From the NCBI RefSeq assembly GCF_000281045.1, contig NW_008246130.1:174035-238034 (forward strand): 64,000 nucleotides of DNA, in the 5' to 3' direction. The DNA comes from Saprolegnia diclina VS20. Taxonomy: Eukaryota. This document shows, in pieces, positions 24,165 to 35,000 of this stretch; within the stretch, counting starts at the first letter, position 1; every line of letters begins with the position of its first letter. The position numbers and the translations under genes were made by a program. The notes beneath the pieces were generated by a model that searched no databases, had not been told where the DNA came from, and saw only the letters and a program-made list of their open reading frames with translations.

Positions 24165-26072
24165 CTATACCTCGTGGAACGGCGCCGTGTTGGTATCCCA
24201 GATGCTCGGGTACGCGGCGCACGAGCGAAGACTCGCCAGCACCGAGTAGAGTTCGTCGTCGGGACGCGCGGGCACGACGTCCGGGCAGCTCGCCGGGATC
24301 GAAAAGTAGTCGCGGGCCAGCTTGGCGAGGCGCGGAAAGCTCGACTGGTTGGCCTTCCACCACGCGATCGGGTCCGAGGCCGCGTCAAAGGGCAGCGGCG
24401 GAAACTCCCAGTACACGTCAATTTCATGCTGGACCTTGGTCTTGTCGACGCTCGCGAGGCCAAAGAAGGAGGCCATCGCCTTGGCCAATTGGCCCCCGCC
24501 GGCTGCTTCGTCCTTCATGTTGACGTCCATAGACGGGCTGGGCGGCAGTGACTCGGTCGCGACTTCGACCACGGCTTCGCACGCCGCCTGGAGCGCGTCC
24601 CGCGCTTGGAGCTTCACGCTCGGAGTCAAGAAGGGCATTTGCTTGAAGCGTGGGTCCAGCATCGCGCAGGAAATACCGAGCTCGTGCGGCGACGGGTCGC
24701 GCATGAGCGCAAACGCAATCGCAGCGACGAGCGCCGACTGCACCTTGGAGACGATCGCGCCTGTGACGGCGCACTTTTGCACGAGGCCGCGGAGGTTTTC
24801 GAGCACGGGCACAACGACGCCGTAGGTGGCCTCGGGCGACAGCATCGACTCGGCCGTCTCGAACGGCAGAAGGAGTGCGACAAGGCCGTCGAGCTGGCTC
24901 TTGTCGGCAGCGAGGAGGTCGAGGACGGCGCCGTCTGTCTGCGCAACCACGAGCTTGAGCATCTCGAGCGTTTGGCGCCAGGGCGAGAGCAGGAGGATGT
25001 CTTGGGTGCCGAGGATCGCGGCGGCGGCAGCAGCCTTGTCGAGGAGCGCCGTGGCGTGCGAGAGACCCGACGCCACGATGGTTGCAAGCAGATGCGAGAG
25101 CGACGGCAGCACGATGGCGCTACCCATGGGCAGTAGGCTCGTGAGAAGCCCAACGAGGCGCTCGGAAGACGCGAGGAACACCTGGACGCGGCCCTGGACG
25201 GCGGGGACGACGCTGTAGAGGCGAGAGAGAAGCGCCATGAGCTGCGAGACGTGGAGGCCGCACGGAAACGTCTCGACGAGCAGTAGCACGCGGTAGGTCG
25301 CAAAGTTTTTGTCGACCCAGTGGAGCGTTGTCGCGACCGAGACGACGCCGTTTTCACCTCGTTCCTCAAGCGACAGCGTCAGATGGACGGCGTCGGACGC
25401 GATGAGGCGACCGATGGTGTCGCAGCACGCCTTATACTGGTCTTCCAGCATCTGGATCGCGTGCTGTTTGGTGAGACCATGGGGTACGACGGCTTGGAAG
25501 AGCGGCGATTGCAACAACCGCAGCGGCAGCGCTTCGTGCAGCAAGAGAAGGAGGAGGCTCCATGAGGCCGGCTTCTTGGTCGACTGTCGAGACGACGCCT
25601 TTACGAGCCGCCGCGTGACCCCCTGGAAGAGCGCATCGGACGTTGGCGTGATGCTGCGCTGGGGCGTCGACGCCTGCGACTGCGGCGGCGACGGCGCCGA
25701 GCTCAGCGGTGTGTTGGGCTGCGTCGATGCGGACGTGAGTGCGTCCTCCGTGATCTGGTGCTTCCGGTTAAGGTGTAAGCTCATGTTGCTCGTGCCACCC
25801 GAGTACTTGTAGCGGCCTTGGTGGCCGTCGGCTTCGCAGTGGTTGCACTGGACGTAGCCGAGGCCATCGAGCGCGTCCGTGTGCGTGAGCGTGAAGTGCT
25901 CCCAGACCCAGCTTCGGCTCTTGCGTTTCTTGCGGCTCTCCGCCGGGACCATGGGCGGCGTCGTGTCGATGGGCCGAGGAAGGTTCATGCTGCTCCTCAG
26001 TGTTTGGTTGGGAAGCCCTGGCTTTCGACGAGGTTTCGACGAGGAGCCAATCAGGAGCCCCGACGCCGCCAT
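24165..26072 (-). CDS. Domesticated hAT-transposase-derived protein (BED zinc finger plus hATC dimerisation domain; ZBED/DREF-like)
   Basis: RSWVWEHF...VQCNHC...GTSNMSLHLNRKH is an intact BED finger. MLDPRFK and DPIAWWKANQSSFPRLAKLARDYFSIPAS mark the hATC domain. Catalytic DDE positions are degenerate and I saw no TIRs. Confidence 0.85.
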   Translation of the reverse strand: MAASGLLIGSSSKPRRKPGLPNQTLRSSMNLPRPIDTTPPMVPAESRKKRKSRSWVWEHFTLTHTDALDGLGYVQCNHCEADGHQGRYKYSGGTSNMSLHLNRKHQITEDALTSASTQPNTPLSSAPSPPQSQASTPQRSITPTSDALFQGVTRRLVKASSRQSTKKPASWSLLLLLLHEALPLRLLQSPLFQAVVPHGLTKQHAIQMLEDQYKACCDTIGRLIASDAVHLTLSLEERGENGVVSVATTLHWVDKNFATYRVLLLVETFPCGLHVSQLMALLSRLYSVVPAVQGRVQVFLASSERLVGLLTSLLPMGSAIVLPSLSHLLATIVASGLSHATALLDKAAAAAAILGTQDILLLSPWRQTLEMLKLVVAQTDGAVLDLLAADKSQLDGLVALLLPFETAESMLSPEATYGVVVPVLENLRGLVQKCAVTGAIVSKVQSALVAAIAFALMRDPSPHELGISCAMLDPRFKQMPFLTPSVKLQARDALQAACEAVVEVATESLPPSPSMDVNMKDEAAGGGQLAKAMASFFGLASVDKTKVQHEIDVYWEFPPLPFDAASDPIAWWKANQSSFPRLAKLARDYFSIPASCPDVVPARPDDELYSVLASLRSCAAYPSIWDTNTAPFHEV

Positions 26073-27690
26073 CGTATTGCTGGTGCCATCGATCCGATTG
26101 GCTAAAATCCGATGAATTACACCCCCCTATTGGACGACGTAGCCGCTGTCGTCCACAAACGACGCATTCTCTGTGAGCGACTGCAGCTCTCTCAAGTGGC
26201 AGCAGAGGTCTAGAAGGTACGACACGAATCTATGGCCTTGCTACAAACTGCGACGCAGTTGTGTCGACGCAAAATGCAGGAATACGTGACCAACTGCCGC
26301 CGTCAAACGGAGTTGCAAAGCGCTCCCATGACAAGTTGTCGCAGTGTACAGTACGTCTTTCTTTGTCCCACAATTGATCCACCCCAAGCCTTTCGCTTGT
26401 CGTGGCGAAAACGACTATGCATCAAATATCTCTATACCCCGAACCCTATCCGTGAGCATGTGACTGGCTTTGCACGTGAGTACAGTGCCCGTGCACAAGA
26501 CGGGCAAAGCATTCCCTAGCTACTCGGCGGTCCACGCTCTCGGCATGGTGAGCAGCAGTATCAAGGACAGACCTCGCTCATTCAACCCACAATGGCATCG
26601 CCCGACGCGACTACAAACGTCCCCTCGCACGGACCGAAATGCGAAGTTTCGACTGCTGGAGAGCTGTAGCCTATAGGGCTTGGAGAGCGGCGGTCGTGTT
26701 GGCATTTGTTTGGCGCACTGCCACTCGGGTTCGAGGCGACGCCCGGCAACGGTTGCTGGTAGATTGAAGTTCAGCAGATTCACTGACGTCCCGGTCGACT
26801 AGCAGCGCACAAAGAAGAAGCGAATGTTTCCGACGCAGCTCGGAGAAAGGCCATTCCGTGCAAGAGAACGGAGACGCTTAAATACCAGTCCATACGCGCG
26901 CTTGCTTCAAGAGCCGCGCCGTTGGCGTTGGCAGAGCGAACCGATGCTTGTTATCCGGTCAAAACCATATCTTTATCCGGAAACAAACTTACTGGCAGCA
27001 CAACCGTGTGCTGGGCGACAAGGGCCTTTGACGACGTTCACAAGAGCAGAAGAGATTGTTTTGATTCCTTAAGATGCCATGTGAATGACTGCAAGGCTCG
27101 TGTTGATGCTGTGACGTGAACTTGTCCAAGCTGCAGGTCGTTCTGTCAACTTCAGTGTCGGACTTGGCATTTCTCGCGCCACATTGATCCCGAGTCATTT
27201 TCTGGCGCGCGTCTGGTTCTCTCGTGCAGCTCCGCTGTCTAGTTCCTTGAACCAGTGGCATCGCAAATGCGATTGCACCAAGCTCGCAAATGGCAGGTTG
27301 TTCTTACTCGTCGCGGGACGCAATGAGCGCACGCTTTGAATGCGCGACAGAGTCGCATCGCTGCCAGCATTTCGTCGTCGAGAATGCGTCGTCGACCCTT
27401 GCCGACAAAGGCGTCGATACGAAACCAGCGTTGATGCTGACGTGGGACGTGGGCGAGCGTATGGATGATGGTGCCGCGTCTGGGACAGGGCGTCATCCGC
27501 GCCGTGCGCTCGTCGCGGCCAATGCATCGCACGACGCAGGATCAGCTTCTTTGCGATGTAGCTGCACGCTCGGAGCTCGCCGTCGAGCTCCACATTGCCC
27601 TTGGGGCGACTTTGGAAATCCGGATAACGGTATCCGGTGGCGACTTTTTCTTGGGGTTGCCCACAATCGAGCCAACGACCAAGGACGAAG

Positions 27691-30600
27691 ATGGGGATCC
27701 CGCGCTTCTTCCGCTGGGTGAGCGAGCGCTACCCGCAGATCAACCAACGCATCAGCGACGTCTCGCTGCTGCCCGAGTTCGACAACCTCTACCTCGACCT
27801 CAATGGCATCATCCACCAGTGCACGCACCCGAACGACCAAGAGGTCTGCGAAGAGCTCGGCGACCCGCAGCAGATCCCGGCCATCTTTGCCTACATCGAC
27901 CGCATCGTGAGCCAGATCGTCAAGCCCAAGAAACTGCTTTTCCTCGCTGTCGACGGCGTTGCGCCGCGCGCGAAGCTCAACCAGCAGCGCTCACGCCGCT
28001 TCCGCGCCGGCATGGAGCTCCACGAGAAGAACTTGTCGCTCCAGCGCGACGGCGACGACGACGAGGCTGCGCCACCGGCTGTGTTGTTTGACTCGAATTG
28101 TATCACGCCCGGTACCGAGTTCATGTACCGCCTCTCACTGCATCTCCAGTACTTCATCCGAAAGAAGCTCAAGGAAGACCCGGCATGGCGCAACCTCACG
28201 GTGCTTTTCTCGGGGCAGGAAGTTCCGGGTGAAGGCGAGCACAAGATTGTCGAGTACATTCGCCGTACCAAGATGCAACCCGGGTACGTCCTACGGCGCT
28301 TCGTTCGTGGATCCTAGCAACCATTCCTAGGTACCCGCCGAACGTTCGTCACTGCATGTACGGCTCGGACGCCGATCTCATGCTCCTCGGGATCATGACG
28401 CACGAGCCTCACTTTACGCTGCTCCGCGAAGTCGTCGACTTTTCGGGCGGTCGCCGGTCGCCCAAGGACGAAAACACCAAGAAGATTGTGGCCCGACAGA
28501 CCAAGGAGCTCGAGTGGCAGCTCGTGCATCTCTCGGTCTTTCGCGAGTACCTCGACATTGAGCTGCGCGCCGACGTAATGTGCGATGCAGTCTCTGCGTG
28601 AAGCTGAGGATCCTCATTAGGTGCCCTGGTACGACACGGAGCGGGCGCTGGATGACTTTATCTTTTTGACGTTTCTGCTCGGGAACGATTTCATTCCGCA
28701 CAGCCCGACGCTCGACATTTCGGAAGATGCGATCGCGCTTCTCCTGGAGCTCTACCGGTCCAAGCTGCCGACATGGGGCGACTACCTCACGAACGGCGGC
28801 GCCTTGTCGCATCCGTCGCACCTCGAAGACCTCTGCCGCACAATTGGCGCCATGGAAGAGGACATCCTTACGCACCGCGCCGACGAAGACCGGAAGCGGC
28901 AGCAGCGCAGCCGGTATGGCCGCGCGCCGGTCGAGAAACCGATTGTTGTCGATGTTGACGAGCTCGACGAAGAAGACGCGTTTGCGGCCGAGCTCCTGGC
29001 GGCGATCGAAGGGCCGCCGACGGACGTGCACGCGGAGATGGCGGTGCTCTCGGGGTCGCCCGAGTTTCAAGCCACCAAGTGGGCGTACTACAAGAGCAAG
29101 TTTGGCGTCGCCGACAACCGGCCGGACCTGCTGCGCCACGTCAAGGTCGCGTACGTCGAAGCACTCGTGTGGTGCCTCGGCTACTACTTTCAGGGCGTCC
29201 CGTCCTGGTCGTGGTTTTACCCGTTCCACTACTCGCCCATGCTTTCGGACCTCACGGACATTGCCGACATTGTGTCGGAGCTCTACTTGGAGAAGGGCAC
29301 GCCGTTTCTGCCGTTCCAGCAGCTTCTCTCGACGCTGCCGCCGACGAGCGCGACGCTCGTGCCGGCGCCGTACCAGCAGCTCATGACGGACCCGGCGTCG
29401 CCGATCGCCCACTTTTACCCGATGAAGTTTGAGATCGACATGGACGGGAAGCGCAACCCGTGGGAAGGCGTGAACGTGCTTCCGTTCATTGACGCGACGG
29501 CGCTGCTCGAGGCCATCGAGCTGTACTGCCCGAACGACCGCCTCACGGACGCCGAGCGCGCGCGCAACACGCCGGGCGTCGCGTACCGCTTCACGTACGA
29601 CGAGAGCAACTCGGAGACGCTGCCGTCGACGCTGCCGTCCGTCTTTTCCGACGTCCCGCTCTGCCACTCGATGCGCGAAGTGTACACGCTCCCGCCGCTC
29701 ACGAGCTTTGACTCATCGCTCGTCGACGGCGTCACGATGCCGATTGCGGGCTTTCCGTCGCTGCACGCACTGCCGCTCGAGTCGTCGTACCTCGCGGCCA
29801 TCGGCGTCAACTGCTTTGGCATGAGCTCCAAGAAGAGGACGATGGTGCTCAAGATTGCCGACGCCACCGAGCCGACGCTCGACGAGGCCCAAGCGCTCCT
29901 GGGAACGACGGTACGCAATATGCATTGCCCCTCGAAGCATTCTTATATGACATTAGGTGCATGTCAACTACCCCAACATGCACGAAGCGCTCGTTGTCGC
30001 CGTGAGCTCGGCCGACGGCATCGTCCGGCGCAACGACGACGACGGTTCCGTGGACGTGCGTAGCTTCACCGAAACCGAGATGCGGACGTTTACCAAGTCG
30101 GCGTCGATCGAAGCGCAGCGGTACCTCAACGGCCGCGCGATTCCCGGCACGGGCGGCGTGCGCATTGGGACCATCCGTGCTTTCTTGCACGTGCGCCCGC
30201 TCCAGGGCATGGTCACGGACGCTGGCTCGGGCGCAACGACCAAGCTCTTTGGCGATGACGAAGTCCAGATTCCGTTTCAATTGGCTGCGACGTCGCTCGC
30301 GACCGTGGATGCGCGGTTTGTTGAAACACCGGCACTCTCGCACGTCGAGCGCTTCCCGCTGCAAACTCCGGTGCTCATGCTGGCCGACGGCGCCCGCGGT
30401 CTCGTCACGGGGCATCAGGACGACGGTACGGTCGACGTTAGCGTCGAGACATTGACGCCCGAGCCGCCGTTTGGGTATGCGATCGCCGAAGCCATTGCCG
30501 ACAAGTTCTTTCCGAGCCATGTCGTGAGTCATCGCCTTGGCATTACGCCATCGACGCTGGGGCGCGTCACGGGCTCGCTACTCGTCAACCCTGGTCGGTA

Positions 30601-31957
30601 CGATATCGGCTTGAACATCAAGTACAAGAAGGAGCTTATGCTGCCTGGCTACTGTCGCTACGAGCCAAAGGCGCGCGACGATCGCCCGGTGTGGGGCTCG
30701 GGCGACTCGGTGGCCATCGTCGGCAGCGACGCGGTCTCTGCGTCTGCGGTCGTTGAAGGTGCTTGGGAGTATAGCGACAAGGCGTTCCACCTCCTTCTTG
30801 CGTTCCAGCGCAAGTTTCCCCGCGTGTTTGCCGCCGTCGAGAGCCTTCCGTACGCGGCCACGTACGACGGCGCGGCGTTTTTGAGCGTTGCGCCCGCGCT
30901 GGTCAAGCCGCAATTGGAAGCAATTCGGACGTACCTCGGTCAGCTGGACATTGCGACGATGCCGCTCGTGCCCGTGACGTCGACGACGCTCTCGGCGGCC
31001 GCGGTTCGCGCGATCGAAAAGGCCGGTGAAATCCGCGCGACGCAGTCGGCGGCGACCGCCAAGACGGCGGTGAACGTGCCCACGTCGGCCATCTTCCGAG
31101 CGGTGGGCTCCAACTACGATCTCTCGGCGTCGCTCGTGGGTTCGGGTGTGACGCCCGTGCTTGGCGATCGCGTCGTGAACCTCGCCGCTCGCAGTGTGCC
31201 ATTTGGCCTCAAAGGCACCGTTGTCGCGACGCATGCTGTGAGCGGCTGCGTTGAAGTCGTTTTTGACACGACGTTTAGCGGCGGGTCCAGCCTGCATGGG
31301 CTCTGTGCTCCGCACCGTGGCAAGCTCGTGCCGTGGTCGGCGATGCTCCGCATCTCGACCAAGCCGGGTTCGCCACCGACGGCGCTCCCGAGTCCAAAGC
31401 CCAGAGCCAAGCCGGTGCCGAAAGCCAAGGTCAGCCCGACGGCGACAACGGGTGTCGCGCCGACGGACAAGCTCAGTCCGCCGACCAAGGCCAAGGCCAA
31501 GCCCCAAAAGACGCCCAAGGCCCAGGAGAAGGGTGTGCCGCAGCTGGCCAAGCAGCCGCCGGCCCCGCCGTCCACGGACAAGATGTCGCAGCTCATCCAC
31601 AAATGGGCGGCCGAGGAAGAGCAAAAGAAGAGCACTGTGAACCGCGACTTGACGGCCGCGCCTGCGTCGTCAATGGCGCACTACTTCCAGCAGCTTCAGC
31701 AGGCCCGCCCCGAGCCAACGGCCAAGCCCACGCTCCTGCAGCCGACGGCCGCGCCGTTCCAGCCGCCGTTGCCGCCGCAGCCCCCGCTTCCGCCGACGCC
31801 TGCGTACCAGCAGCCGCCCATGTACATGGCTCCGCCGCCGCAACCAGCGTACATGCCGCCGTCGCGCACCCCCGCCGTGGTGACGTCGGCGTCGGGTTTG
31901 CTCTTGCCCGCGCAAGTCCTTCGCTCCAAGTTCAACCAGCCGGCTGCGAAAGAGTAA
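27691..31957 (+). CDS. XRN1: 5'-3' exoribonuclease 1 (4 exons)
   Basis: MGIPRFFRWVSERYP; FDNLYLDLNGIIH; DGVAPRAKLNQQRSRRF; FDSNCITPGTEFM; PGEGEHKI; GNDFIPH; SWSWFYPFHYSP; XRN1-type C-terminal IGLNIKY and LGDRVVN...VPFGLKGTV. Confidence 0.95.
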
Positions 31958-32030
31958 AGTGTGACGCATCGTATACAAAATGCCATCAAGACAAATGGTT
32001 TCCATCCGATTCAGTGCAGTTAACGAGAGA

Positions 32031-35000
32031 CTAGTGATTGATCGCGGAGAAGAAGGTTTTGGACGGGAGACGCTGCGGCGGTGCCACGAGGCTTTGACGC
32101 ATGGAGCTCCGGGGCACGACAATGTGGCTGGGTCGCATTGATGCTCGCGTCTAGTAGCTGTGTGTCGTACCAGGTCGCGACCAGTGACGCTATACCTCGT
32201 GGGACGACTGGCGCAGCGTCTCGGCCGTTGGGTTTTGCAAGAACCGAGCGATCGACGTGCGCTTCGACATTGGAACGGGCTCGACCAGTCTCGGCGGCAA
32301 CGCACTTGGCGACACGGGAGGTACGGGCGCTGGTCGTGGTGCTGGTGTTTCTGGCGGACGAACAAACCTACAAGTCGGTACGCTTAGCTACGTGGTGTGA
32401 TGGGACGATGGCAACTTTGGCGGCGCGTGCACGAGTGCTGTGTAAGTCTGATGCGGCGCAAACGTCATCCAAACCACCGAGAGACTCGACGACCACGCGC
32501 AGTGCACCTACGCCAACGGCGTTGCAGCGGCTGGTGATTTCTGCCGCACCTGCGTCGGCACGTCGGCTGCCGGCGTCTGCAAAAACTTGGTTGGTGCCAG
32601 TCTCTTGTCGGTCGCACCCAGAACGACCGCAGCGCCGTTCGCCATAATCTCGCTCGGCACCATGGCCACAGACCCGAGGTCGCCCCAGATGTATACCACC
32701 GACATAGTCACGGCTGCTTTCGCAGTCACGACCGCGACAGAGCCGTGTAGCCCTGCCGTGAGCGATGTCACCGCAAGTCCGTCCAGCGCACGAAGCCTGG
32801 TCGGCGCAAAGCGATCACGAACGTCCCCGAGCCCGAGCTATGTCGACGACGATGGTATCTTCTTGAAGTGAGAGAATGGGTGGGTACCTGGCCTCTGGCG
32901 TTGTGACCCCACGCAAACGTATGGCCGCAGCGTGAAAGTGCCAACACATGCTGGGCGCCGCAGCTCACAGAGGCCACCAGGACGGACTTGGCTGCAATCG
33001 ACACGGCCAATGCGGTCGGTGTCGCAACGCGAGTCATTTGGTCGCCGAGGCCGAGTTCGCCGTGCGTACCTTCGCCCCACGCAAACAGCGTGCCTCTACA
33101 ACACACATCATCGTTGAATGGCGCCGAATGCACTCTTCGAGTACCCAGCGCTAAGCGCGACCGAGAAGCTGCTGCCGGCAGCGACAGCAACAAAGCGAGT
33201 GGGCGGCGACACTTTTTGAGGCAGGCGTCCCATCTGCAAAGAGATATCAACGACGAAGCTAGAGAAGCCACACCAGCGTACCGAATGGCCCCAGCCGTAG
33301 AGCGCGCCGGTTTCGAGCAGGGCAACCGTGTGGGCGCCACCGACTGCGATGGCTACAACGCGCCGCTGCGAGACGGACACGCGCGTCGGCGTCGACGCCA
33401 CCTGGAGATGCCCGAGGCCGAGTTGGCCGTGCTTGTTGCCACCCCACGAGTAGACACTCCCGTTCGCACACAGGGCAACCGCATGGTCTTGACCGACTGC
33501 AAGCGACGTCACCGGTGCCTGAAGACAATGGAATCGTCGCAATGTCGTCGATAATATGTACCTCGAGCAGCGTCCGAGGAATGGCCCCGGCTTTGGTCGC
33601 CCCCAGTTGCCCCTTGTCGTTCCAGCCGACGCTGAAGAGCTGACCTTGCGCCGACAAGAACATCGAGTGGGCTTCGCCAATACCCATGGCAACGACTGGC
33701 TTGCCCAACGTGCGCTGCCCCGAACCACGTTAGCACTACCACGGCCACCTTATGAAAATACCTCAATGTCGGCCCACCGGGCTGCCCACGAGGGTTTGTA
33801 AATGCGCGACACGTCGGCCGTCGCTTCAAATGCCACAACCACGTTGCGGGCGACCTAGAGCGTCGTTGCTACTCTCGAATACCAGCAGAAAGGAGAGGTA
33901 CGGGCTGCTTGCACCAGCGCGATGCATTCAGTCGCGAGAGCGCACTGCTTTCGCGGGCCACTTCGCTGCGGAGGCGCGCGGAGGTCTCGGCAGCCATGGC
34001 GTCGAGCGCCGCCCGGTGCAGCTACGTGCAGGTGTCGATAGAGTCGTGCAGAAGTTCTTGCACCTCGTTGCGAACGAGGAAACCGCGGGCAGCTGCTTGA
34101 ATCTTGAGACGCATGGCCAGTGTCTTGATCGCTGCTCTGTGTTGTGCTACACGTCGGCTCCAGCGCTACACAAAGATTTACAAGGGTTTAAGGTGCTAGA
34201 ATGAACCTGGAGGGTGGTCGCAGCGCGGCGAGCGCGCTGGAAGAACGAAGTCGCACGGAGCATGCGGGTCCACGACTGTAGCTTTTGCGCTGCGGCGAGT
34301 GTCACGCGGATGCGCCGCTTGATGCTCAGAATGTGCATCACCATGGCCATGTCTTGCCGCACGCGAAAGCCTCGGTACAGTGCTTGCACCCGGAGAGCAA
34401 GCACGAGTAGGAGCAGAGGCTACTCACAGTATTGCGCGTCCAATACATCAACAAGCAAGCGTCGGTACCGGAAGAGAGGACGACCGCGGTCGCTGCGCAC
34501 TTGGCGACGCCGCGACAACGACCGTAGAGTCGATTGCCAGAGTTAACTCCGTCGATGGACCGAGCGACTTGGTCCGGGCCATGAGTGGCGGCATCGTGGG
34601 GCTCGGTGGCGCCGATGACTCGATGATCAGTGAAGTTGTCGTCGCCGTAACAGTCGCGTTCGGTGACGAAGCAAGACTTGCAACACGTTGTAAGGAAGCA
34701 ACGCTTGGTGAGGAAGCAGCTGCCCGAGGCTCGGCGATACCCGGAGTCGATGTCTCCAATGACCCGAGCTCAGCCACCGGCAGGGTCATTGTCGATGGCA
34801 GCGGCATCACAGGCGCCGCATCGACTGGGGACTCGGGCAACGGTAGGTGCGTCGCATCATCTGCAATCGGCGGCTTGGAGTTGCGACGTACTGACTTGCG
34901 CGCCGACGGTGTACGTCGGGCCTTCCACGCCTCGTAGCGCGACTGTATCGGGCGATGGTTACGTCGCTTGTACGCTCGCCACGTCATCGCAATCGTCCTG

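Noticed and set aside
23480..26300. Active hAT transposon
   Set aside because: No terminal inverted repeats or 8-bp target-site duplication seen, and the catalytic residues are lost. Treated as a domesticated gene.
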